DNA from: Nemertoderma westbladi
Taxonomy: Eukaryota > Animalia > Xenacoelomorpha
DNA length: 64,000 nucleotides
Direction: 5' to 3'
NCBI GenBank assembly: GCA_032718475.1
Contig: JAUCBJ010007728.1
Coordinates: 142,707 to 206,706, forward strand
In this document: positions 52,001 through 64,000 of the stretch, in pieces
How positions within the stretch are numbered: position 1 is the stretch's first letter
Layout: each line of letters starts with the position of its first letter
Notes under the pieces: generated by a model
The model's input: only the letters and a program-made list of their open reading frames with translations
Databases searched by the model: none
What the model was told of the DNA's origin: nothing
Made by a program: the position numbers and the translations under genes

Positions 52001-55000
52001 CTAAAGTTATTATGTAATGCAATAATTCACCTCAAATATCTCAGCTATTTCATGAACATAATGAAGTATTAAAGCCATGTCAAAATAATTGGTGTTTTTC
52101 TGCAATAATTTATTATCAAAATATCCTCTGATTTTTTTCAAAAACCATATCGATTTTCATAATTATAACTTCTAACCCACTCCACGAGATAGAGAATCTT
52201 AAATTAAAGTCAAAAGAACAGTTAACACTTACATTTATAGCAGTAATCAACTGTTATATGCTACGTATTTCCGCTGGAGATGAATGAATTTTGATTGTGT
52301 CAGAACACCCCCTATCTGTGGTTGTATGAGTGGAGAGATAAGAATCCTATCTCCCTATTAATATTGTTGTGTTCTAGAATATTGTTTATAGTTTCATCGT
52401 ATTGCCAAAGTGACTGGAGCTGAAGTTAACTCATAATACAATAATTCACCTCAAATATCTCAGCTATTTCATGAACATAATGAAGTATTAAAGCCATGTC
52501 AAAATCATTGGTGTTTTTCTGCAATAATTTATCAAAATATCCTCTGTTTTTTTACAACAACCATATCGATTTTCATATTTATACCTTCTAACCCACCCCA
52601 CGAGATAGAGAATCTTAAATGAAAGTCAAAAGAACAGGTAACACTTACATTTATAGAAGTAATCAGCTGTTATTTGCTACGTCTTTCCGCGGGAGATGGA
52701 CGAATTTTGATTGTGTCAGAACACCCCCTATCTGTGGATGTCTGAGAGGAGAGATAAGTATCCTATCTCCCTATTAATATTGTTGTGTTCTAGAATATTT
52801 ATTATTGTTTCATAGTATTACCAAAGTGACATGGAGCTAAAGTTATTATGTAATTCAATAATTCACCACAAATATCTCAGCTATTTCATGAACATAATGA
52901 AGTATTAAAGCCATGTAAAAATAATTTGTGTTTTTCTGCAATAATTTATCAAAATATCCTCTGTTTTTTTTTAAAAACCATATCGATTTTCTTATTTATA
53001 TATTCTAACCCACTCCACGAGATAGAGAATCTTAAATGAAAGTCAAAATAACAGGTAACACTTACATTTATAGCAGTAATCAGCTGTTATATGCTACGTA
53101 TTTCCGTCTTTCCGCTGTAGATGGTTGAATTTTGATTTTGTCAGAACACCCCCTATCTGTGGTTGTATGAGTGGAGAGATAAGTATCCTATCTCCCTATT
53201 AATATTGTTGTGTTCTAGAATATTTTTTATAGTTTCATTGTATTGCCAAAGTGACTGGAGCCGAAGTTAACTCATAATACAATAATTCACCTCAAATATC
53301 TCAGCTATTTCATGAACATAATGAAGTATTAAAGCCATGTCAAAATCCTTGGTATTTTTCTGCAATAATTTATCAAAATATCCTCTGTTTTTTTTTTCAA
53401 AAACCATATCGATTTTCTTATTTATATATTCTAACCCACTCCACGAGATAGAGAATCTTAAATGAAAGTCAAAAGAACAGGTAACACTTACATTTATAGC
53501 AGTAATCAGCCGTTATATGATACGTCTTTCCGCTGGAGATGAATGAATTTTGATTGTGTCAGAACACCCTCTATCTGTGGTTGTATGAGTGGAGAGATAA
53601 GTAGCCTATCTCCCTATTAATTTTACTGGGTTCTAGAATATTTATTATTGTTTCATCGTATTGCCAAAGTGACTGGAGCTAAAGTTATTATGTAATGCAA
53701 TAATTCACCTCAAATATCTCAGCTATTTCATGAACATAATGAAGTATTAAAGCCATGTCAAAATCATTGGTGTTTTTCTGCAATAATTTATTATCAAAAT
53801 ATCCTCTGATTTTTTTCAAAAACCATATCGATTTTCATAATTATAACTTCTAACCCACTCCACGAGATAGAGAATCTTAAATTAAAGTCAAAAGAACAGT
53901 TAACACTTACATTTATAGCAGTAATCAACTGTTATATGCTACGTATTTCCGCTGGAGATGAATGAATTTTGATTGTGTCAGAACACCCCCTATCTGTGGT
54001 TGTATGAGTGGAGAGATAAGAATCCTATCTCCCTATTAATATTGTTGTGTTCTAGAATATTTTTTATAGTTTCATCGTATTGCCAAAGTGACTGGAGCTG
54101 AAGTTAACTCATAATACAATAATTCACCTCAAATATCTCAGCTATTTCATGAACATAATGAAGTATTAAAGCCATGTCAAAATCATTGGTGTTTTTCTGC
54201 AATAATTTATCAAAATATCCTCTGTTTTTTTACAACAACCATATCGATTTTCATATTTATACCTTCTAACCCACCCCACGAGATAGAGAATCTTAAATGA
54301 AAGTCAAAAGAACAGGTAACACTTACATTTATAGAAGTAATCAGCTGTTATTTGCTACGTCTTTCCGCGGGAGATGGATGAATTTTGATTGTGTCAGAAC
54401 ACCCCCTATCTGTGGTTGTATGAGTGGAGAGATAAGAATCCTATCTCCCTATTAATATTGTTGTGTTCTAGAATATTTTTTATAGTTTCATCGTATTGCC
54501 AAAGTGACTGGAGCTGAAGTTAACTCATAATACAATAATTCACCTCAAATATCTCAGCTATTTCATGAACATAATGAAGTATTAAAGCCATGTCAAAATC
54601 CTTGGTATTTTTCTGCAATAATTTATCAAAATATCCTCTGTTTTTTTTCAAAAACAATATCGATTTTCTTATTTATATATTCTAACCCACTCCACGAGAT
54701 AGAGAATCTTAAATGAAATTCAAAAGAACAGGTAACACTTACATTTATGGAAGTAATAAGCTGTTATTTGCTACATCTTTCCGCTGGAGTTGGTTGAATT
54801 TTGATTGTGTCAGAACACCCCCTATCTGTGGCTGTCTGAGTGGAGAGATAAGTAGCCTATCTCCCTATTAATATTGTTGTGTTCTAGAATATTTATTATT
54901 GTTTCATCGTATTGCCAAAGTGACTGGAGCTAAAGTTATTATGTAATGCAATAATTAACCTCAAATATCTGAGCTATTTCATGAACATAATGAACTATTA

Positions 55001-55981
55001 AAGCCATGTCAAAATCATTGGTGTTTTTCAGCAATAATTTATCAATATATCCTCTGATTTTTTACAACAACCATATCGATTTTCATAATTTTACCTTCTA
55101 ACCCACCCCACGAGATAGAGAATCTTAAATGAAAGTCAAAAGAACAGGTAACACTTACATTTATAGAAGTAATCAGCGATTATTTGCTACGTCTTTCCAC
55201 TGGAGATGGATAAATTTTGATTGTGTCAGAACACCCCCTATCTGTGGATGTCTTAGAGGAGAGATAAGTGTCCTATCTCCCTATTAATATTGTTGTGTTC
55301 TAGAATATTTATTATTGTTTCATCGTATTGCCAAAGTGAATGGAGCTAAAGTTATTATGTAATGCAATAATTTACCACAAATATCTCAGCTATTTCATGA
55401 ACATAATGAAGTATTAAAGCCATGTCAAAATAATTGGTGTTTTTCTGCAATAATTTATCAAAATATCCTCTGTTTTTTTTTCAAAAACCATATCGATTTT
55501 CTTATTTATATATTCTAACCCACTTCACGAGATAGAGAATCTTAAATGAAAGTCAAAAGAACAGGTAACACTTACATTTATAGAAGTAATAAGCTGTTAT
55601 TTGCGACGTCTTTCTGCTGGAGATGGTTGAATTTTGATTGTGTCAGAACACCCCCTATCTGTGGCTGTCTGAGTGGAGAGATAAGTAGCCTATCTCCCTA
55701 TTAATATTGTTATGTTCTAGAATATTTATTATAGTTTCATCGTATTGCTAAAGTGGCTGGAGCTAAAGTTATTATGTAATGCAATAATTCACCTCAAATA
55801 TCTCAGCTATTTCATGAAACTAATGAAGTATTAAAGTCATGTCAAAATCATTGGTGTTTTTCTGCAATAATTTATCAACATATCCTCTGTTTTTTTTCAA
55901 AAACCATCTTATTTATATCTTCTAACCCACTCCACGAGATAGAGAATCTTAAATTAAAGTCAAAAGAACAGGTAACACTTA
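34033..55981. repeat. Tandem satellite array, ~416-bp monomer, roughly 53 copies, with local higher-order repeats
   Basis: Continuous head-to-tail monomers. Chance ORFs recur at offsets 416 (46595/47011), 2072 (40164/42236) and 4148 (46595/50743). Confidence 0.98.
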
Positions 55982-57240
55982 TGTAAAAGCTTTTGTGGGA
56001 TAACTGATTCGTTTGCCTTGTTGGCCAGTTCCCCCCCGGTCGCTAGAATACTCTCAAGGGGATCGATAGCTAAAATAGTGCAAGCTACCAGCTTATTGGC
56101 TGATTTGCTGTACGCAGGCATCTGGGCTCTGTTTAATCGGCCAACTAGCCTAGGAAGGTTGCGTCATAGCCTTGTTTTTGTATCTCCCAATAGAATTTGA
56201 GTTAGCCTTGATTTTGACCTATCACAGAGCTACTGAACTGAAATTTTCCTATCTCACTGCTCTTTCTCTGTGTTGAACGGGAGCTTCGTGGAATAAGGGT
56301 AGTTGGTATCCTCGTATAGAGCAGTAGTCACGAGTTTTTCAAAGCCACGAAAGAACGGCTTTGTAGTGTTTTGTGTTTTCTGCTTTTTAGTCCAACACTA
56401 GTAGGTTTAATTATAAGGACATATATCCTTTAACTGCTAACTAATCATACATACTGACTGCTGAAACATTGCAAACTCATAACAATCAGTGTTCAGTTGT
56501 TGTTTTATACTGCTATTTACTGTCAGTTCTTCATAATATGGTTGATGAATTATTATATATGGAATAACGATAAATAACCCCGAAACCCAATATTCTTGAT
56601 ATACCGAAGGTAAGAGAGAAGGGTTACAGATAAACGATTGTGACTTATGTTAAAGTGGTTTGAAGTGAATCGAATGTTATTTGATAGACCCTACATGAGT
56701 CAGTCTTTGTTCCTTTTATATGTGACTAAAATCAGTGAAGATTGGCAGATTAGTGTGCAGTATTGTGCAGCATTGTGTATGAGTGAGTCTGTTAAAGAAG
56801 CAATTCCTAAAGAATGTGCCATATATGTGAATTATAATTAAGCCATATCGTTGTGAGTAGTTTAAGTCATAACTCTGTTTATATAGATAAAGCGCCACGT
56901 CCTAAAGGAACTGTTAATATTCCCGAAGGTGAATAATATTGTCAGAGATTATATAATACTGTCAGTCGAATAATACATTAGGCTTACATAGCAATAAAAT
57001 TAAACCGTCGAACCCAATCTCCCGGGAATATCCAGCGGGTGAATGATCGCGCACAGATTGGTTTCGACTAGTGTAGTGAATCAAATACTTGTCATAGACT
57101 AAAAAGCGATTTAATATCTAGAAGACATCTTAATTTGGCGGGTTAAACTGCCAAAGGTCTGAAAGCGCGAACATTAAAGGATATAGCTTCTTTGTTGCAG
57201 TAAGCAATAAAGTTGAAAGTACCGGTCAACCGGTAAACCT

Positions 57241-57364
57241 GAACCGGTACATCTGTAGGTCAGTAGGCCCAACTGCCAGAACCGGTACTGCCGTAGGTCC
57301 GTAGGTCCAACTGCCAGAACCGGTACTACTGTAGGTCCGTAGGCCTAGCTGTCCTAACCGGTAC
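57241..57364. repeat. 38-bp tandem repeat, ~3.3 copies
   Basis: GAACCGGTAC...GTAGGTC.GTAGG...CTGCCA units start at 57241, 57279, 57317 and 57355. Confidence 0.85.
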
Positions 57365-57545
57365 TTCCGTATAAGTACACTAGTATTATTCGATTTGATT
57401 GTTGCATACCGGTAGGCTGTTTAAGGGATTAGGGATTGATCACCCCTTATTCCTTTATATGGTTTACTTATTTCTGTCAAGTTTTATTTATTTGTAGGCC
57501 AGTATTGAACAGAAGGCGTGTAAACCTGATCAGATTGTACAGACG

Positions 57546-58106
57546 ATTTGTAGGCTGAGCTGTTGTCTGATTGCTGTTAAGTCCGAACGAATTGCAGTGT
57601 GTGTAGATCACCTGTCCGATTAAGTACGGTTAGGAAGTAGGGGCAGCGAATGCTGTAAGGTAAACCCCCAACTAAAGAATAAGTCGTACTACTGGGTTAG
57701 AACGCATACTCCCTAATCATTTCGGAGTCTGCATGTCCTGTAGTTTATTTAGGCTTGAGAGTAGTCTGCCATCGTTTAGTCTGTACTTTGTTTGTGTAAG
57801 TCTGTACGGGTAGCGTATAATTTTATTTAGATAATTTGTAGGCTGGATAGTTGTCTGGCTGTTATTAGGTCTGAACGGATTGCAGCGTATGTAGATCACT
57901 TGTCCGATAAAGAACGGTTAGGAAGTAGGGGCAGCGAATGCTGTAAGGTAAACCCCCAATTAAAGAATAAGTCGTACTACTGGGTTAGAACGCATACTAC
58001 CTAATTATTTCGGAGTCTGCATATACCGTAGTTTGTTTAGGCTTGATAGTAGTCTGTCAGTGTTCGGTCTGCATTTTGTTTGAGTAGTTTGTACGCGTAG
58101 CGTAAT
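57546..58106. repeat. 288-bp tandem duplication in the leader of C
   Basis: GTAGATCAC at 57603 and 57891. The shared block GGAAGTAGGGGCAGCGAATGCTGTAAGGTAAACCCCCAA occurs in both copies. Confidence 0.9.
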
Positions 58107-59376
58107 ATTTATTATTCAGAGTTTATGCGATTATTCGCAACATTCATTCCCCAAGTTTGTTCCTACAGTAATTGTGTTTGTTATACATACCGCTATAGTT
58201 AAATTAACCCCGGTACTACACGGGCTGCTTGGCGTAGGTAAAGACTGGTGATTTTGTGCATCGGTCACTCCAGCAGATGCCGTGGTTCTTTTAGCTGTTC
58301 AAGTATATTTAACTACTGATTATCTGTTGTACAAGTACTCGTACCTAATTTAGGGTTTAGTGTACAGTACTTTCCGAAGTAATTAGTGTAGACATTATAT
58401 TTGTGTTGTAAAGTGGTTGATAGGCACGTTCGATTAGCTCTATTAACTTCTAGGTAGGAACACTCCGTGATACATAACGTAGAACCTATAGCGATACGGC
58501 TATAGGTCGTCAGGCGGTGGTATTTTTCTATCTGTACAACGCAGTGTATTTACTACTACTTATTATTTCAAATACCGTAGTACCCTGTCCGTTGTAATAA
58601 CCAGTTTTCTAACTCTTTGTTAGGCTGGTTTGTAGACTTCTTGTAAAATTACCCTGACAATTCGTATTTGTGTTTTTTGTAAATTTTTGTGTTTATTTAG
58701 AGATTGTAATCTCACCCGAATTGTACGTAATTTGTAGTATTAAGTAACTTAGGTAAATTAGAATCATTTGTTTTAGGGTCCTGTACGTAACACTTCACTG
58801 AAAGCGTACCGCTTTGTGTAGTGATTACCCCAGAAATAATAACATTTATTTCAAACATTGACTAAACCCATTAAAACGGGTATATATATATTATAAATCA
58901 AATCTAACGATTTATAAATAGTAGGCCTACCATATAACAATTAGGTCTCAATATCAGTTAGACTACTGCTTAAATAACGGTAATAAAGTAAGTTAAAGTA
59001 ACCAAGTAACCCTAAAGTTCAGAAATTCAATTATTCTAAAATAATTGACATACCAGTATTTACAATAGGCTTATTATATTTATTTCTATAAGGTTTAGGT
59101 TGAAATCATACCGGTATTCTGTAATTAATTCTAGTCTGTAATTATACTTATATATATACACTATAAGTGTAAACTGTATACCGGTATTCGGTGATAAACC
59201 TAGTCTGTAATAATAGTTATATATACTATAAGCATACCGGTATTCTAATATATTATATATCACGCTACACTGAGTAGCAGTACCGGTAATTAATTACTAG
59301 GCTAGCAGTTAATACTGAGTTACTAGACTTGCTCAGACTGTGATACAGCAGTAGACATTCAACTGTATACATAAAC

Positions 59377-62300
59377 ATGTCTGATACTAAGCAGAACCTG
59401 TCAGACAGTATATTAGATGTAACTATCTGCGACTCAGATAGAGACGTACAACCGTCTGGTCGTAAGTTCAGTTCACCTCCCACTGTGAGGAAGGTCATCC
59501 CTCCAGTAGTAATAACAGAACCTAGGCTAGTCCAACATCGTAGGTCTATCATAGGCACCCGAGCTCAAGTCAAGCGGGACCAAGAGGCGGCGGAGCGGCG
59601 GCAGCCCGCGAGTCAGGAGCTTGTTCCTCGGCGGCCCAGCAGCTCCTGTGGTGAGGATACTGTAGAGCTGACACCCGAGCGCGGAGCAGAGATGACGGAT
59701 GCGGCTTATACGGATCCCCTTCTCATCCTTCCTGCAGCCGTACTCACTAGGTTATTGATCGCGGTGGAAGAACACCAGATCGATTGGGCGAGAAGTCAAC
59801 GGTCAACTAGAGATAGTTACGCGGGATACACGAGTGAAGAACTGAAGTCTATTGTCGAGTCGCAATGGAACTTCCCCGGACCCGGACTCCCGTTTGATTT
59901 ATCAGAAGCTGCCTGGGAAGACATACACCGGATGGGAGTAGCCAAGGAAACCATCGATCCAGCTGTGTGGAAGAGGTCCGCAGCCGGATACGCACAGGGA
60001 TTCTTCAGCTCTATGGAGCGAGTAAAAGAACAACTGTTTCAACAACCTCAAGGACCTCAAGAGCAGGGATCGCTGCTTTATCAAGTTAGGGAAAGAATTC
60101 TACGAATCAGGCTAATCTTATCGGCCTTTGAGGAGGCTTCTAAAAGAAGACAAGACACGTCATTGCAAGTTGCCGTAAAGACTTGGTTTCAACGGGTGAG
60201 TCGCCAGGTTCAAGGAGCAGCTCAGTGGAAAGCTCAGTTGGAGGAGCGCTCAACCCATGGAGAATCAACAGACGCTACTTTTTCCCAAGTGGAAAGTGAA
60301 GCGACGGCAGAGAAACCGCATAAGAGGGATGCCATTGACATCTATCTGTCAGACTATCAACGTTTTTTAGGTAATGACGAGTTGAGGAGAAGGTTAGAGG
60401 GACTTAGCCCTAATAGTGAAGGAACCAAGCTTGTGTTGGATGCCATCGATGTGGAAATGAGGGCTGCGAATCAGGCTAAATTTGATGAACAACTCCGCCT
60501 GACACGAGTCCAAGAAGAACAAGTAAAGAAAAAACGTATAGAAGACAGAAAGAAAGCAGCAGTGGTAGCTGCAGAAGCAGAAAGAAAAGCGGCAGCGGCA
60601 GAGGCAGCGGCAGAGGCAAAGGCGGCAGAGGCAGCGGCAGAGGCAAAAGCGGCAGCGGCAGAGGCAAAGGCGGCAGAGGCAGCGGCAGAGGCAAAGGCGG
60701 CAGAGGCAGCGGCAGAAGCAAAAGCGGCCGAAGCTGAAAGAAAGGCGGCAGAGGCAGTGGCAGAAGCAGAACGGAGAGCGACTGAAGAAACCACCCAATT
60801 AGAATTAGAAAACATTCAGGAGAATCAAGACTGCATAAATAAACAGTTAACAGCTAGTAATATGCAGATGATGAATCGATCTACTCCCAAAAGGCAGGGA
60901 TATACATCATCTGAGGAAGGCGATACCACCGATACTGAAGGCAAAGGAAATAGATCTCGTCTAAGCAGACGTAAAAGAACATTCCACCGTCAGAAATTGC
61001 CTGATTTGCCTCCAGCTGTTAGAAGGCAACTAAATAGCACCAACTTAGGCAGTACAGAACCCACAGACCAAATAATTAAAATAGAAAGACTCCCTACTAT
61101 AGTAGATGAGCCTGAAATAATTAGGCCTGTTCTCGAAATCACCCCTTCGGTGATAGACACCCCTGTGCTCCCTGAAGTTACCTCTAAATTCCCTCTGCAT
61201 AGCACTAAGCTACCTGTGCCCCGTAGAACTGCCCCAGAGACAGTTCAGGTCCTGGGTCCCGAGCGAAATATTCATAATTTGTCGCCCGTTGTCCATCGTC
61301 CGCCCGCTACAACGTTGGCGACTCCCGCTTCGGCGGTCGAATGGGTGGACGAGGGACGGCGGGGGATGGATATCCTGCTCGGACAGATGCAGGAGACTGT
61401 CCAGCAGTTCAAGGGCACAGTAAGGGAAAGTAGGCTAGAGTTGCAAGAAGTGCAGCAAAGTATCGCGCTAGAGCGCGATAAATTAGTAAATACTCAAAGA
61501 GGTATACCACCACCCTCTGTAACAATGTGTCAACCTGTTAGGTCTGAAGTATCTCATGCGCAAGGTGTGGAGCCTACACGCATATATACTGCTAGCGAAG
61601 TAGAAACTCCTATAGTGAACCCTATTAAGGGTAATTATAGACCTGTTGATAATGATATTCCACTATAGAACTGATCATAATCCGAGAAATTTATATACCG
61701 ATAACTCGATATTAAATAACACGATGGCCCAAGAAAGTTTTACGCGTCAAATGGCTAGAACCGAAGCCCGGCAAGCGGTAAAGGTGGGAGAGATCGTCAA
61801 GTTCAATGGAGATGAGATGAAATGGTTACCTTTTAATGAATATTACAAAGATAACATACAGAACTCTGTACTATCTAATGGAGAAAAACTTAGATACCTC
61901 ATCGAGTGCTTGGAAGGATCTCCCAAGTTAATGGCGTTAAAGTTTATTGGACATCCAGACGGATTAAGACAAGTTTGGGATACACTAAACATCAGGTATG
62001 GTAATAGGAATAATATCGCTGGGTACTTATATGCAAAGTTAGTAGCGCCCCGAAAGTTTATTAGTAGTGGAATTATCGAGTTTTCCGATGAGATCCAGGA
62101 GATCTGCAGACAATTAGATTGGCTAGGTAAGTCTCATGAGTATCAGAACACTATGGTTATTAGAGCAGTGGCTTCTACTTTACCGAAAGGTGGAGTAGGT
62201 ACACGCTGGGATAAGAAAGTGTTATATATGATGGAACAACAACGACGAGACCCTACCATGGCTGATCTCATGTCATTCCTAGATGGAGAAGTGAAATTAC

Positions 62301-64000
62301 AGCTCCTGAAACTGTCCAGAGAGAAGACACCGGAAAACAAGGTAAGTGAAAAACCCGTCTCTAGGAGAAAGGTAACACCAGTATGTTATACCGATGACGG
62401 CGAAAGCCAGACTTCTCAAGGAGAAGATAGCGGGAAGGACACGGATAGATCTTATTACGTGAATAAAATGCCTAAAGATCAGGTAAGTAAATTCAAGTCT
62501 CGAACAAATGACAGGAGGGAACAGGTAAGAAAAACTCCTCCCACGTCTCCCAAGAGAATTCAGGTGAGAAAACCCGAAGAAAAGGCAAGTGTACACAATG
62601 TGACTCAAAATAAGGTAAGTAACATCAAACCGAAATGTGCGCTGTGCGACGGGACCCACCATTTGAATAGGTGTGATGAATTTCTAAAGAAATCATTAAC
62701 AGAGAGACGCGAAGTCATGTGGGATAAGCGGTTATGTTATAATTGCCTCAGACAAGGACACCAACGGCGAACCTGTTTCTCTGACATAAGGTGTGCAAAG
62801 TGTGGTGCGAAACATCATATCTTGTTGCACGCTGAATTCGATCGAAATAGTCCGAATCAGGTGAGTGATTCCGAGTTACATGTCCAATTCAGTGATGTGA
62901 ACGACACTGATCAATCTGAGATGGAAGGATTCTATACAGACGAGTTCTCCGACGAAAACGAATCCTGTTACATGATAAATACCGCAGTGTATCGAGCACT
63001 CACATATGAAAAAGATACAGATAACGACTTTACTCTAACTACTTCTGAGCGACAACCATCTTGGAAAGAGCCATCTTCCAATGTAGGGATCCGAGAGTTT
63101 CCTGTGGTGCAAGTAAGGGTTCACGGACCTGAGAGGAGTTATGTAGTGAACGCCCTCCTTGACTCCGGTAGTACAGGAACATTCATCGACAAAGAGCTAG
63201 CCGAAGATATATTTGCTGGACAACCCAAGTTCCAAACTAAGCTCAACATGTCAGGCATTATGCAAGTTTGGAAATCTACAATAACAGCTGATTATTATGT
63301 AGGAGCGTTGTCCACCCCCCAGGACGAACTAGGAGAACACAGCATAAGGTCAGTGAAAATGGTGGCTATAAAGAACTTCGCTACTACTCAAGCAGACCTT
63401 TATAATTGGGACGAGGATGAGAGCATCCAACATCTTAACATACCTCGATTCCAGACTGATTATCCTGGAGTGCAAATACTCATCGGCCAAAACGCGCATG
63501 AGGCGCTGGAGACGTTAGAGAAACGGCCTGCTCAACCGCAGCCCCTACAGACCTATGCGGTAAGAACTAGAGTAGGTTGGTACTTTACTGGCCCTTCCCG
63601 TAGAACACTCAGAGAAAGACTACCGCCAGAGAGCGTATGCCAGGTGAGTGAATGGGAAGATGATACCAGTGAGGGAGACAACTCAACTGAGGGAATTCCA
63701 TACTCCTCAGATAATGACGACGTTCACCAGCTTTTTGATGAGGAGAATACCATCGATCTCCTTAAGGAAAACGAGGCTTGGCAAAACCAAGTGAACTTAT
63801 GTCAACTTCTCTATCCATCTGAACGAGAAGCTTATAACGACGAGTTAAATGACGTCATTGAGCGTTGCAATGCCAAGACTCGAGATGAACATGCTGTACG
63901 ATTCTTTACGCAAGAGGCGGTAGAGCCCAATTCCTACGATAAAGCCTTGTCGGTGGAAGAGGAAAGGGCCAAGCAGATCCAAGAGACAACTACACGTTTC
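59377..64000 (+). pseudogene. gag-pol: gag-protease of element C (frameshifted near 61660, open to window end)
   Basis: ORF 59377-61668 has Ala/Glu/Lys repeats. The +1 frame continues with KFNGDEMKW..EKLRYLIECLEG, CALCDGTHHLNRC, CYNCLRQGHQRRTC, CAKCGAKHHILLH and NALLDSGSTGTFI. Confidence 0.88.

Larger units (their letters stand above)
55982..64000 (+). mobile_element. BEL/Pao LTR retrotransposon C, 5' portion (LTR/leader, gag, protease)
   Basis: Begins TGTAA at the satellite junction, followed by a 3.4-kb non-coding leader and Pao-type gag and protease. Confidence 0.88.

Noticed and set aside
34033-55981. CENP-B box in the satellite monomer
   Set aside because: No TTCG-N4-A-N2-CGGG match found by eye; centromeric identity remains unproven.
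57241-57364. 38-bp repeats as a CRISPR array
   Set aside because: Contiguous tandem units with no unique spacers, no cas genes and a eukaryotic context.

Overview
Eukaryotic, probably invertebrate animal, heterochromatin-like DNA with no recognisable host gene. A ~416-bp AT-rich satellite (2397-3146 and 34033-55981, with local higher-order repeats) is interrupted by LTR retrotransposons. These are the 5' end of a Ty3/Gypsy element (1-2396, minus) and three related, unusually large BEL/Pao elements: A (3147-14779, minus, 5'-truncated), B (14780-34032, plus, nearly complete, carrying a 1044-bp palindromic hAT-type MITE) and C (55982 to window end, plus, 5' part only). The main finding is an accessory module shared by A and B. 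In the env position they carry a ~1240-aa third ORF with a DEDD/DnaQ-like (WRN/EXD2/Mut-7-type) 3'-5' exonuclease-like domain and three zinc knuckles. It is preceded by a conserved intron and a covarying RNA stem. A 20-nt palindromic motif (GGAAGRCTYGYGAGCCTWYC) occurs about 17 times in sense orientation across coding and non-coding parts, and a tRNA-like Pol III unit sits in the 3' terminal region. A and C abut the satellite at exactly the same monomer nucleotide (GGTAACACTTA|TGTAA), suggesting site-specific satellite targeting. All large ORFs carry one to three inactivating lesions. Domain calls are by-eye motif recognition, not database searches.
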